DNA from: a virus
Taxonomy: Duplodnaviria; Caudoviricetes
Direction: 5' to 3' (one strand)
DNA: 54,955 bases
Virus record (IMG/VR): IMGVR_UViG_3300021335_000021
Location: 1-54,955 of that record
Shown one piece after another: positions 17,020-27,300 of the stretch. The notes beneath the pieces are model-generated. The model ran no database searches. It saw only the letters and a program-made list of their open reading frames with translations, and was not told the DNA's origin. The translations under genes and the position numbers were made by a program. Numbering within the stretch: position 1 is the stretch's first letter; each line of letters opens with the position of its first letter.

Positions 17020-19790
17020 TGGAACACGAATTACCGTCAGGCTCACAAAACAAAAGATCAGCAGGAGCTGGAGTCAAAAGAATGTCTCCTGGACCTTATT
17101 TGGCTAAAGTTGTTAGTCATCTAGATTCTAAACGACAAGGTGGTTTAAAAGTACAACTTCTATCTAATGTAGTATCTTCTAATGAAGATGAGCAAGAAGG
17201 ACAACTTTTTAATGTAAGATATTGTATGCCATTTTATGGTGTTAATAATGTTGATAGTAACACTAAAAATACTGACTACTACCATACACAACAGAGTTAC
17301 GGGTTTTGGGCAGTTCCACCTGATCCAGGCGTTAAAGTTTTAGTTATTTTTGCTGAAGGATTACCTAACCAAGGATTTTGGATTGGTTGTGTTCAAGACG
17401 ACTACATGAATTGGATGGTTCCTGGAGGATATCCTTCAGACAAAGGAAGCAACATAATTCAAAAAGATGTTCCTAACGATTTTAAAAATTTACCTCTACC
17501 AGTAGGAGAATTCAACAAGCGTGTTACAGTAATTGATGGAAAGAATTTAAAAGCTGGTATGAATCCAGATAAATTTGCTAGACCTCACAATCCTATGATG
17601 ACAGCAGTTCTTGGACAACAAGGTTTAGAGCAAGATATAATTAGAGGATTAACATCTACAACTTCAAGAAGAGATGTTCCAAATACTGTTTACGGGTGGA
17701 ATACTCCTGGGCCTTTAGATAAGCGTACTGGTAAACCTAAAGGAAGATATGGAGAAGCACAAAATAAAGTTAATTATTTTAGAAGTAGACTTGGCGGATC
17801 TGCATTTACGATGGATGACGGCGATCCTACTTTATTAAGAGAAGGACCGGCTACACAAGTAGGTGCAAAATATTATGACATTGAAACTACACCCGGTGAT
17901 GTTGTTAAAGCTGATGTAACATTACCTTTTAACGAACATATTAAATTAAAAACTAGAACAGGACATCAAATATTATTACACAATACAGAAGATTTAATTT
18001 ATATTGGTAATGCAAAAGGTAGTGCTTGGATCGAACTTACAGGTAATGGTAAGATTGATATCTATTCACAAGATAGTATTAATATTAGAACAGAAACAGA
18101 TTTAAACATTACTGCTGATAGAGATATTAATATGCAGTCAGGTAGAGATACAAACTTTACAACTGGTCGTGATTTCAAACACAGAGTAAATCAAGACAGT
18201 GACGTAAGCGTTGCAAAAGATTCTAAAGAATTTGTCGGAGCAGACAGAGATGTTTGGGTTGGTGCGTTAAACACAAGAGCCGTAGGTGAAGATGAAGATG
18301 TGCAAATTAAAGGAACACAGCGTACAACAATTAACGGTGATTACAATTTACAAGTCAGCCAAGATGGACACATTGCTATAAATGCAAACTTCCACAGTAA
18401 AGTAGTTGGCGATTATAGGCAGACTGTAAATGGTGCGTTTAATCTAAACACACTTGGTGATAACAAATTAACCAGCTATGGAAGTACACAAATTAGAAGT
18501 TTTCTAAACAATAAATTTGATGCTAATACAGGAAATACAGAAATTAAATCAGGAGTTAATCATCTTGAAACAGCAGGTAACCATATACACATGAATAGTA
18601 CAATACCAGCAACATCAGCAGATACAGCAGATTCAATTGGTGATACATTTACTTTGCCAGTAACTAATTTATCAATGGATAACAACGATCAAGTACTTGA
18701 TAAAGATAATCAAGTTATTAATGATGCTGATGGAAACCCATTAAGAGTTACAGCAGATGCAAATAGAGCAGATGAAGCAAAAGTTGCATTACGTCCAAGA
18801 CGTATTCCAAGACACGAACCTTGGGACGCACACGAAAATTATAATCCTAAAGGACATACACCTGGAGTTACTGTAAGTATTGAATCACCATCTCCTGAAG
18901 TAAGAGTTCAATCTCCGTTAATTGATAAAGATGCAGATCAACCTGACTACACAGAAACATCAGGTATCTACAATGCACAAGATCCTTTTATTGAAAAAGA
19001 CGGCAAGAGAGTTAGAGAAGAAATAGAAGTAGTGCCAAGTAGAGATACAGACGGTACTACAGGAATACAACCTGCAGATCCTGTTCCTGTAATTGAACAG
19101 CAAAGATATTTCTTAGGAGCATTAATTAAGAAATTAGGTCTTAGTGCTACAACTTGGCAATCACAAAATGCAACAGCACTTGCAATGGCAATGGCACAGG
19201 TACAAAAAGAATGTGCATTTGAACCTAAGTGCGAAAATATGAGATATAGTGCAGACAGATTAATCGCTGTATGGCCAAATAGATTTAATTCAACACAAGG
19301 TAGAATAAAAGCTCGACAACTAGCAGATGCTGGTCCGTCTGCGATTGCAAATTCTGTATATGGGAATAGAATGGGTAACGGCGCGGCATCAACCGGCGAC
19401 GGATATAGATATAGAGGTCGAGGCCTTATACAAATTACAGGAAAAAACAACTATAAGAAATACGGTGGCCTTGCAGGAGTTGATATTATTAAGAATCCAG
19501 ACCTAGCAAACGATCCAAAAAAATCAACAGATATAGCATGTGCATATCTTGCTAGTAAAAGTATTACTTGGACAAGCACTGACTTTAATTCGTTAGGGTC
19601 AGAATTCCAAAAAGCAGTTGGATATGCCGGTGGACAATCAAACACTAATAGCAGAATTAAATTAGGTAAAGGATTTTACCAACGTATTATTAATAATGAA
19701 TTAACACCAATTTATTCATTGTCAACAACAACTCCAATTGATGTTGGCGAAGGAACAGCAACAGTAAAAACAAAAGATGGACCATTTTAA
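17019..19790 (+). CDS. gp5: Baseplate central spike (gp5/VgrG-like) with C-terminal GH19 muramidase
   Basis: N-terminal OB-fold (PPDPGVKVLVIF...WIGC), RTGHQI and beta-helix repeats, then GH19 motifs AQVQKEC...EN and GDGYRYRGRGLIQITGKNNY. Start placed at the TAATG overlap at 17019. Confidence 0.8.
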   Translation: MEHELPSGSQNKRSAGAGVKRMSPGPYLAKVVSHLDSKRQGGLKVQLLSNVVSSNEDEQEGQLFNVRYCMPFYGVNNVDSNTKNTDYYHTQQSYGFWAVPPDPGVKVLVIFAEGLPNQGFWIGCVQDDYMNWMVPGGYPSDKGSNIIQKDVPNDFKNLPLPVGEFNKRVTVIDGKNLKAGMNPDKFARPHNPMMTAVLGQQGLEQDIIRGLTSTTSRRDVPNTVYGWNTPGPLDKRTGKPKGRYGEAQNKVNYFRSRLGGSAFTMDDGDPTLLREGPATQVGAKYYDIETTPGDVVKADVTLPFNEHIKLKTRTGHQILLHNTEDLIYIGNAKGSAWIELTGNGKIDIYSQDSINIRTETDLNITADRDINMQSGRDTNFTTGRDFKHRVNQDSDVSVAKDSKEFVGADRDVWVGALNTRAVGEDEDVQIKGTQRTTINGDYNLQVSQDGHIAINANFHSKVVGDYRQTVNGAFNLNTLGDNKLTSYGSTQIRSFLNNKFDANTGNTEIKSGVNHLETAGNHIHMNSTIPATSADTADSIGDTFTLPVTNLSMDNNDQVLDKDNQVINDADGNPLRVTADANRADEAKVALRPRRIPRHEPWDAHENYNPKGHTPGVTVSIESPSPEVRVQSPLIDKDADQPDYTETSGIYNAQDPFIEKDGKRVREEIEVVPSRDTDGTTGIQPADPVPVIEQQRYFLGALIKKLGLSATTWQSQNATALAMAMAQVQKECAFEPKCENMRYSADRLIAVWPNRFNSTQGRIKARQLADAGPSAIANSVYGNRMGNGAASTGDGYRYRGRGLIQITGKNNYKKYGGLAGVDIIKNPDLANDPKKSTDIACAYLASKSITWTSTDFNSLGSEFQKAVGYAGGQSNTNSRIKLGKGFYQRIINNELTPIYSLSTTTPIDVGEGTATVKTKDGPF

Positions 19791-19993
19791 TGCATAAATT
19801 TGTAATAATGAAAAACAATGAACTTTTTACATACACAAATTTTGAGGATATTCCTTCAGACTTTGATCACATGATTGAATTTTTGCCTGAAATACCACCA
19901 GAGCCTCATACAGAAGAACAACACCAAGAAATACAACAATGGAATGGAAAATTACAACAACTAATGGAGATTGAACGTGCCCGCAGTTTGTAG
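19790..19993 (+). CDS. Small hypothetical protein between spike and PAAR
   Basis: 67 aa, coupled by TAATG; contains PEPHTEEQH. Confidence 0.65.
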   Translation: MHKFVIMKNNELFTYTNFEDIPSDFDHMIEFLPEIPPEPHTEEQHQEIQQWNGKLQQLMEIERARSL

Positions 19994-20273
19994 AGGTAAT
20001 AGTGTAGATTCTGATGTAGCACACTGTTCTACGCCACTAAGAGATCAATGTAGTGGTGACGTTTTTGTAGACGGAACAGGAGTATCACGGCAAGGTGATA
20101 ATAATACATCACATTTACTTCCACCAATACCGTGTCCAAGTCATGCCGCACCAATTGCAGTAGGTTCAACTACTGTGTTTATAAATGGCAAAGGTTGTGG
20201 ACGTATTGGTGATGCTATTGAAGGGTGTACGAGTGTAGCAACAGGCTTTAACAGGGTTTTCGCCGGCGGATAA
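19977..20273 (+). CDS. PAAR-repeat spike tip protein (gp5.4-like)
   Basis: GTG start after GGAG. MPAVCR, VFVDG..VSRQGD...H, GSTTVFINGKGCGRIGD...C and G...VFAG, with Cys/His metal ligands. Confidence 0.88.
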   Translation: MPAVCRGNSVDSDVAHCSTPLRDQCSGDVFVDGTGVSRQGDNNTSHLLPPIPCPSHAAPIAVGSTTVFINGKGCGRIGDAIEGCTSVATGFNRVFAGG

Positions 20274-20280
20274 AATAAGG

Positions 20281-20286
20281 TAAATA
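20281..20286 (+). promoter_or_regulatory. Late promoter, 5 nt before the gp25 ATG
   Basis: GGTAAATA-TTAGT-ATG. Confidence 0.6.
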
Positions 20287-20291
20287 TTAGT

Positions 20292-20726
20292 ATGGCAACA
20301 GATTTATATAAACAGATTAAAATTACACCTAGGAAAGAGAAGAAAAATCCTATTAGGTCAAAAACATATAGAGGATTTAGCACAGTTAACGCTGAAAATA
20401 GCTCATTCCAGCAGTTTGATATTTCTTTGATTAAACAGAATTTGCTTAATCATCTTAATATTAGACAAGGAGAAAAGTTATCCGATCCTACATTTGGTTG
20501 TATTATCTGGGAAGCACTATACGAACCATTAACAACCCAATTAAAAGAAGCAATCACTGCTAACGTTACAAATATTGTTAATTATGACCCAAGAACACGA
20601 GCAACAGGCGTACAAGTTTCAGAGTACGAAAGCGGACTACAGATTGAATGTACACTAATGTATCTAGACTATAATATTAGTGAACAATTAAGATTACAGT
20701 TTGATAAAAGTGTTGGGCTATTGTGA
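20292..20726 (+). CDS. gp25: Baseplate wedge subunit (gp25-like)
   Basis: D..LIKQNLLNHLNIRQGEK..DPTFGC.IW..LYEP...YDPR, the GPW/gp25 pattern. Confidence 0.9.
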   Translation: MATDLYKQIKITPRKEKKNPIRSKTYRGFSTVNAENSSFQQFDISLIKQNLLNHLNIRQGEKLSDPTFGCIIWEALYEPLTTQLKEAITANVTNIVNYDPRTRATGVQVSEYESGLQIECTLMYLDYNISEQLRLQFDKSVGLL

Positions 20727-20757
20727 CACAATTAACTACTAGTATTATTGTTTATAA

Positions 20758-20763
20758 TAAATA
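20758..20763 (+). promoter_or_regulatory. Late promoter for gp6
   Basis: AATAAATA upstream of the AAGGA SD and ATG 20790. Confidence 0.6.
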
Positions 20764-20789
20764 CTGTAGCGTTAAAAGAAGGATAACCA

Positions 20790-23700
20790 ATGTCATCAAC
20801 CGACAGACAAAATAGACTGCTACTAGCAGAAGACTGGCAAAAAGTATACCAGAGCTACCGTAATGCGGAGTTCCGTAGCTACGATTTTGATACTCTTAGA
20901 AGGACAATGATCGCCTATCTAAGAAATAATTACCCAGAAGATTTTAACGATTATATTGATACATCAGAATATATTGCTCTAATTGATATGATTGCGTTCT
21001 TAGGACAAAATATCAGTTATAGAGTCGATTTAAACGCAAGAGAAAACTTTTTAGAATTAGCAGAACGTAGAGAATCAGTTCTTCGTTTAGCTCGCATGCT
21101 GTCATATAATCCTAGACGTAATCAAGCGGCAAATGGGCTTATTAAATTTGAAACAGTAAGTACTACAGAATCATTAGTTGATAGTAATGGTAGTAATTTA
21201 TCAGGACAAACAGTTATCTGGAATGATCCTAGTAATGCTAATTGGGCAGAACAGTTTAGACGTGTCCTTAATGCGGCATTACCACAAAACGGAACAATAG
21301 GCAGGCCGTCCAAAACAGTACCAATTAATGGTGTTTTAACACAACAGTATAGATTTAATAGTGAAGGGTCAGATGTTCCTATTTTTTCTTTTACTAAACC
21401 AGTTAACGGACAGCCAACACAGTTTGAAATGGTGTCAACTGGTATTGATGAAGAACGTAAAGTAATCCAAGAAGAAAATCCGGTACCTGGAACAAGTTTA
21501 GCATTTTTATATAGAGAAGATGGTAGAGGTTCAGGAAGTGCAAACACTGGATACTTCTTACACTTTAGACAAGGAAGTCTAAAGTCTAATGTATTCAATG
21601 TTGGAAGCCCTAGTGCAAATCAAAAAATTGCAATTGAAGCACAAAATATTAATGATACAGATGTATGGCTATATTCATTAGACGATTTAGGAATACCAGA
21701 TAGAATTTGGTCTAAGGTTGATTCTTTAGAAGGTAATAATGCAATTTACAATAGTTTGAATAAGCGTGTAAGAGATTTTTATGCTGTACAAACTAGAGCA
21801 GATGACGAAGTTAGTTTAGTATTTGCAGATGGAATCTTCGGCAATCTACCATCAGGACAATTTAGAGTGTATTATAGAACTAGTGCTAATAGATTAATAT
21901 CTATTGCACCAACAGAGTTAACTAATATTACATTTACGTTAAATTATTTAAGTCAAGCAGGTACAACCGAGACACTAACTATTGGCGTTGAACTTAAAAC
22001 ACCAGTAACTAATGCTACAACTAGCGAATCATCTGCAAGTATTAGACAGAATGCTCCGCAGACTTATTACACACAAAACAGAATGATTACTGGAGAGGAT
22101 TATAACATTGTTCCTTTAACTAGTAACCAAGAAATTATAAAAGTCAAATCAACAAATAGAACTACAAGTGGCATTAGTAGATATTTTGATCTCAAAGATG
22201 CTACCGGAAAATATTCAAGCACTAATTTATTTGGCTCAGATGGTGTACTATATAGAGAACCATACGAAAGCAAGACTTCATTTACTTTTAATACACAAAC
22301 AGATATTGAAGGCACTATTGAAAATACCATATTACCTATTATTAAAAGTAGAGCAATTAGTAATTTTTATTTTAGCAACTATGCTAAAATTATTGTTAGT
22401 GATCTAAACGCTAGATGGAAACAGTCAACAAAAACTACAAACAGTTCAACAGGTTTGCTTCAAAATATTAGTGATGTTGCATATCAAGTAGGTACATTTA
22501 CCGGAGGTTCTTTAAAATATGTAGAAGCAGGCGCTTTGCTTAAATTTAAATCACCTGCAGGATTTTATTTTATTGGAAATGGCGAACTTACAAGCGATGC
22601 ATCAGCTAAAGGTGCTAGTGATTATAAATGGGTAAAAGTTATTAGCGTTAATGGTGCAGGCACAAGCGTAGATAGTGTTACAGGCACTGGACCTATTGTG
22701 TTTAATGAAATACTTCCTGCTAACAGTGTTCTTGAAGAAGTTAAACCTAAGATAGTAAAAGATATTACTCCTGATATTAGATCACAAATCATCGATCAAG
22801 TTTTTGCATATAAAACATTTGGACTACGTTATGATCAAGTTAATCGTAACTGGAGAGTAATTATTAACGAAAACTTGAATACAGTAGATGTGTTTAGTAA
22901 CGGTAAAACAGGTGACGTAACTCAAAACCAACTAGATTCAAGTTGGATTATACTTTTTGAAACTAATGGAGAAAAGTATACTGTTACAAATAGAGGATTA
23001 AGATATGTATTTGAAAGTGATACAGAATTAAGTTTTTACTTTGACGGACAAAATAAAATTTACGATTCTCAAACAGGGCAACTAGTTAAAGATAAAATTG
23101 CTATTATGAATTTTAATACTAAGCCTGATTCATTGAATGCTTTTAATAATGATATTAATTGGGAAATTGTTAACGAGTTTAGAAATACAGACGGATATAT
23201 TAATAGTAAAAAAGTTGAAGTAAGTTTCTTTGATCTTAATGACGACGGAAGTGTAGACGATCCAGATATCTTTGACAATGTTGTAGATCCCTTAACTAAC
23301 TCATCTAAAAAATATATATTCTTAAAGAAAGAATCTACTGATGAAGGGTTTAGCAAATACAACTATTATAACCAAGGTAGTACAATCAACATTGTTTCTA
23401 CAGAAACAGAAATTGGAGCATACAGCCAGTATACTGCCGGGCAAGTGTTTTATATCATTGATACAGATAACTTTAAAGTTTTAAACAACAATATACTTTC
23501 AGTAACAGCAGACTATAAAGCACACGTTGGAAGATCAGATTTAAGATTTCAATATGTACATAGTGCAGATGAAGGGAATAGAATTGATCCTAGTGCAAGT
23601 AATATTATTGACATTTATATGTTGACTAAAACTTACGATACAAACTTTAGAAAATATCTTGCAGGAAGCATATCTAATATGCCATTACCTCCAAGCTCAG

Positions 23701-24344
23701 ATGAATTATTTCAAAACTATGGTTCGGCTATAGCATTATACAAATCAATAAGTGATGAAGTAATATATCATCCAGTTACTTATAAACCGTTGTTCGGTGT
23801 ACATGCACAAGAAAATTTACAAGCAACTATCAAAGTTGTAAAAAATACCGGAGAAGTAGTTAATAATAACGAGGTGAAGGTAAGTGTTATTAGTGCTATT
23901 AACAGATTCTTTGCATTACAGAATTGGGACTTTGGTGACACATTCCACTTTACTGAACTAGCAACTTATGTAATGAATGAAGTAGCACCAGATGTTGTTA
24001 ATATACTTCTTGTACCTAAACAAGCTACACAGGGCTTTGGTAGCTTATATGAAGTAAAAGCAGAAAGCAACGAAATTTTTGTCAACGATGCAACAGTTGA
24101 CGATGTTGAAATTATTAACTCTGTAACAGCATCAAGAATACAAGCATCTGGCAAAATTATCACATCAACAGGCACAACTAATGCTGGCATTAGAAGTCAA
24201 CCATTAACAACAGTAAGTGCATCAAATACAACTACTACTAGCACAACTAGTACGTCAAGTTCAAGTAGCTCAAGTAGCTCAAGTAGCTCAAGCGGCTCAA
24301 GCGGCTCAGGCGGTTCAGGATCAAGCGGAGGCTACGGATACTAA
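20790..24344 (+). CDS. gp6: Baseplate wedge protein (gp6-like, enlarged)
   Basis: DFDTLR..MIAYL...DFND, ENFLELAERRESV..LARMLSYNP, FADG.FG..P and ES..SIRQNAP..Y.TQNRMIT.EDY. Confidence 0.88.
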   Translation: MSSTDRQNRLLLAEDWQKVYQSYRNAEFRSYDFDTLRRTMIAYLRNNYPEDFNDYIDTSEYIALIDMIAFLGQNISYRVDLNARENFLELAERRESVLRLARMLSYNPRRNQAANGLIKFETVSTTESLVDSNGSNLSGQTVIWNDPSNANWAEQFRRVLNAALPQNGTIGRPSKTVPINGVLTQQYRFNSEGSDVPIFSFTKPVNGQPTQFEMVSTGIDEERKVIQEENPVPGTSLAFLYREDGRGSGSANTGYFLHFRQGSLKSNVFNVGSPSANQKIAIEAQNINDTDVWLYSLDDLGIPDRIWSKVDSLEGNNAIYNSLNKRVRDFYAVQTRADDEVSLVFADGIFGNLPSGQFRVYYRTSANRLISIAPTELTNITFTLNYLSQAGTTETLTIGVELKTPVTNATTSESSASIRQNAPQTYYTQNRMITGEDYNIVPLTSNQEIIKVKSTNRTTSGISRYFDLKDATGKYSSTNLFGSDGVLYREPYESKTSFTFNTQTDIEGTIENTILPIIKSRAISNFYFSNYAKIIVSDLNARWKQSTKTTNSSTGLLQNISDVAYQVGTFTGGSLKYVEAGALLKFKSPAGFYFIGNGELTSDASAKGASDYKWVKVISVNGAGTSVDSVTGTGPIVFNEILPANSVLEEVKPKIVKDITPDIRSQIIDQVFAYKTFGLRYDQVNRNWRVIINENLNTVDVFSNGKTGDVTQNQLDSSWIILFETNGEKYTVTNRGLRYVFESDTELSFYFDGQNKIYDSQTGQLVKDKIAIMNFNTKPDSLNAFNNDINWEIVNEFRNTDGYINSKKVEVSFFDLNDDGSVDDPDIFDNVVDPLTNSSKKYIFLKKESTDEGFSKYNYYNQGSTINIVSTETEIGAYSQYTAGQVFYIIDTDNFKVLNNNILSVTADYKAHVGRSDLRFQYVHSADEGNRIDPSASNIIDIYMLTKTYDTNFRKYLAGSISNMPLPPSSDELFQNYGSAIALYKSISDEVIYHPVTYKPLFGVHAQENLQATIKVVKNTGEVVNNNEVKVSVISAINRFFALQNWDFGDTFHFTELATYVMNEVAPDVVNILLVPKQATQGFGSLYEVKAESNEIFVNDATVDDVEIINSVTASRIQASGKIITSTGTTNAGIRSQPLTTVSASNTTTTSTTSTSSSSSSSSSSSSSGSSGSGGSGSSGGYGY
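24271..24315 (+). repeat. 9-nt tandem repeats encoding a poly-Ser/Gly tail
   Basis: tcaagtagc three times, then tcaagcggc twice. Confidence 0.85.
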
Positions 24345-27300
24345 TGGCGCAAGATGAAAGTCCAATTCCAGTAGAAGGTGACACTTCAAAAAGAAAAACA
24401 GCAAATTTACTTCCAAAGTATTTTAGAACAACAGCAAATAAAAAGTTTCTAAGTAGTACAATTGACCAGTTAATGCAACCTGGTGTTATTGAAAAGGTTG
24501 ATGGATTTGTTGGACGTAAAGATTCAAAAGCATTTAAGGCCTCTGATAATTATTTGTCAGATGTATCATCAGATAGAGAGAACTATCAGTTAGAACCTGT
24601 TGCTACAATTACAGATAATTTAGGTAACACAACTTTTTATAGAGATTATAGAGATTATGTAAACAGTGCAAAAATTAGAAATGCAAACAACATAGATCAT
24701 AGCCTATATAACTCACAAGAATATTATGCGTGGCAACCACACATTGATTGGGACAAGTTCGTAAACTTTAGAGAATACTATTGGCTACCATCAGGACCAG
24801 ATGAAATTCCAGTCTTTGGAACTGCAAAAGAAGTTAAAAGTACGTTCAATGTAAAGCGCCAAGACAATGTAGATAATAATTCGTATATATTTGGCCAAGA
24901 GAATAAAGTAAGTAATCCTACATTAACACTCTACAGAGGACAAGAATATACATTTGATATTGATTGTATAGACATGCCTTTTAGTATTAGAACTAGCAAC
25001 AGTATAGATGACGATTCAAACTTATATAATGTAGGTGTAAGTCAACAAAAAGTTGAACAAGGTTCTATTACTTGGAAAATTGATTTAGAATCTCCTGATA
25101 CTTTATATTATACAAACGGAAATGATATAGAAGCATCTGGACTTTTTATTATAAAAGATATTAGAGACAATACACAGTTAGATGTCGGCAATGAGATACT
25201 TGGCAAGAAAAGTTATACTATGCAAGATGGTTATAAATTAACCAATGGTATGAAAGTAAAGTTTTACGGAACAATTACACCAGCCAAATACGGTGAAGGT
25301 AATTGGTATGTTGAAGGTGTTGGAGAATCAATTAGTTTAATATCAGAAAGTGATTTGGTTATTACTGCTGATTATTTGACAGATGTTTCTACCGAATTTG
25401 ATGCACAAGGTTTTAGTTCATTACCGTTTGACGATGCTACTTCTTATGCTATTCTAAAAGACTACATTGTTATTAACAGAGCATCCAACGACGGAAATCA
25501 ATGGTCACGTTACAATAAATGGACACATAAAAGTGTAATTGAAAATATTGCAAAAATTAATAATGTTCCTGTAGTTTTAGATCAGAACTATAGGGCTACA
25601 AGACCAATTATTGAATTTGAAGCAGGGTTAAAACTTTATAATTTTGGAACTAATTCTAAAACTTCAGTCGACTTAGTTGATACAGTTACTAAAGATGTGT
25701 TTTCAGATATTGAAGGACAAGTTGGTTATTTTGTTGACGGAGTAGAATTAGTAAAAGGTATGCGTGTGTTGTTCACAGCAGATCCTGATAGCTTTGTTGC
25801 AGGTAAAATTTACGAAGTTAATTTTATTAGTCAAAACGGAACATTACAACTTGCATTAAAAGAAACTACTGATACAACACCATTAGAAAATGAAACAGTA
25901 TTGGTTAAATCAGGTACAAATTATAAAGGTAAAATCTTTTATTACAATGGTACTACTTGGAAACAAACACAAGACAAGATTAAAGTCAATCAGCAACCTT
26001 TATTTGATTTATATAACGATGCAGGTACACAGCTATCTACATTAGAGTCTAGTACATTTTCAGGAAACAAAATTTTTAGTTATAAAGTTGGCACAGGTAC
26101 TAATGATACAGAACTAGGATTTCCATTAAGCTATAGAACTATTGAAAACAGTGGCGATATTGTTTTTGATTTTAATCTATTGTCAGACACTTATCAATAT
26201 GATGAACTAACCGATGTTTTTACTGTTAGCACAGACACTGCGTTATTAAGAAGGTATACTGATAGAACAACATTTACAAATGTTTCAGGTTGGACAAAAG
26301 CACCAACAAAGTCTACACAGCCTGTTGTTAAACAAGAAACAGTTGGCGCTAGAACAAACAATTTTATTATTGATGTTTATGTAAATAGTGGCGATTTAAA
26401 TGACTTAGAGATTAAGGTTTACGTAAACAGTGTTCGTAAGCGTGAGACTGTTGATTATACAATTAATAGAATTAATAATTATGCATACGTTACATTTAAT
26501 AAAGAGTTAACTAAAAACGACAAATTAGTTTTAAAAACAAAGTCAAGTTCTAAAAAGAGAGATAATGTTGGATTTTATGAATTTCCTATTAACTTTGAAA
26601 AGAATCCACAAAACGAAAATGTTACAACATTTACACTAGGTGAAGTATTAGATCATGTTGATAGCATTGTTGATAATGTACAAGGCTTCGAAGGCATCTT
26701 CCCTGGTGTTAGTAATTTACGCGACTTAGGAAATGCATCAAAATATGGTTTGAAATTTGTACAACATAGTGGTCCGATAAACCTTGCATTGTATAACTTA
26801 ACAGATAAAGATTTTAATAGCATTGAAGCTATGAAATATTCTGGATTTGCTTATATTAAATTCAAAAGAGAATTTTTAAGAACAGCAGATGAGCTTGGGT
26901 TTGAAGGATATGACAAAGTACATGTAGATAGGATTTTATCAAAACTGCATGCAAACAATACAAATACAGATGCATTTTATTTTAGTGATATGATTCCACA
27001 TGGTGGAGACACTAAAGTTAGACATATGATTGAAGACGAGTCGCAAACTATTTTTAGTTTGACACGTGGTATTGATTATACTGTTTTATCTGAAACAGCA
27101 ATATTAGCATACCTAAATGAAAAACAACTATTAATTAATAAAGACTACACAGTTAGTACAGATGGGTTTTTAACATTGTTAAACCCACCAACAGGTGGCG
27201 ACACATTAGATATTTACGAGTATGTTACTACAGACGGATGTTGGGTACCACCAACACCTACAAAGTTAGGACTATATCCAAAATTTACACCTGAGATTTT

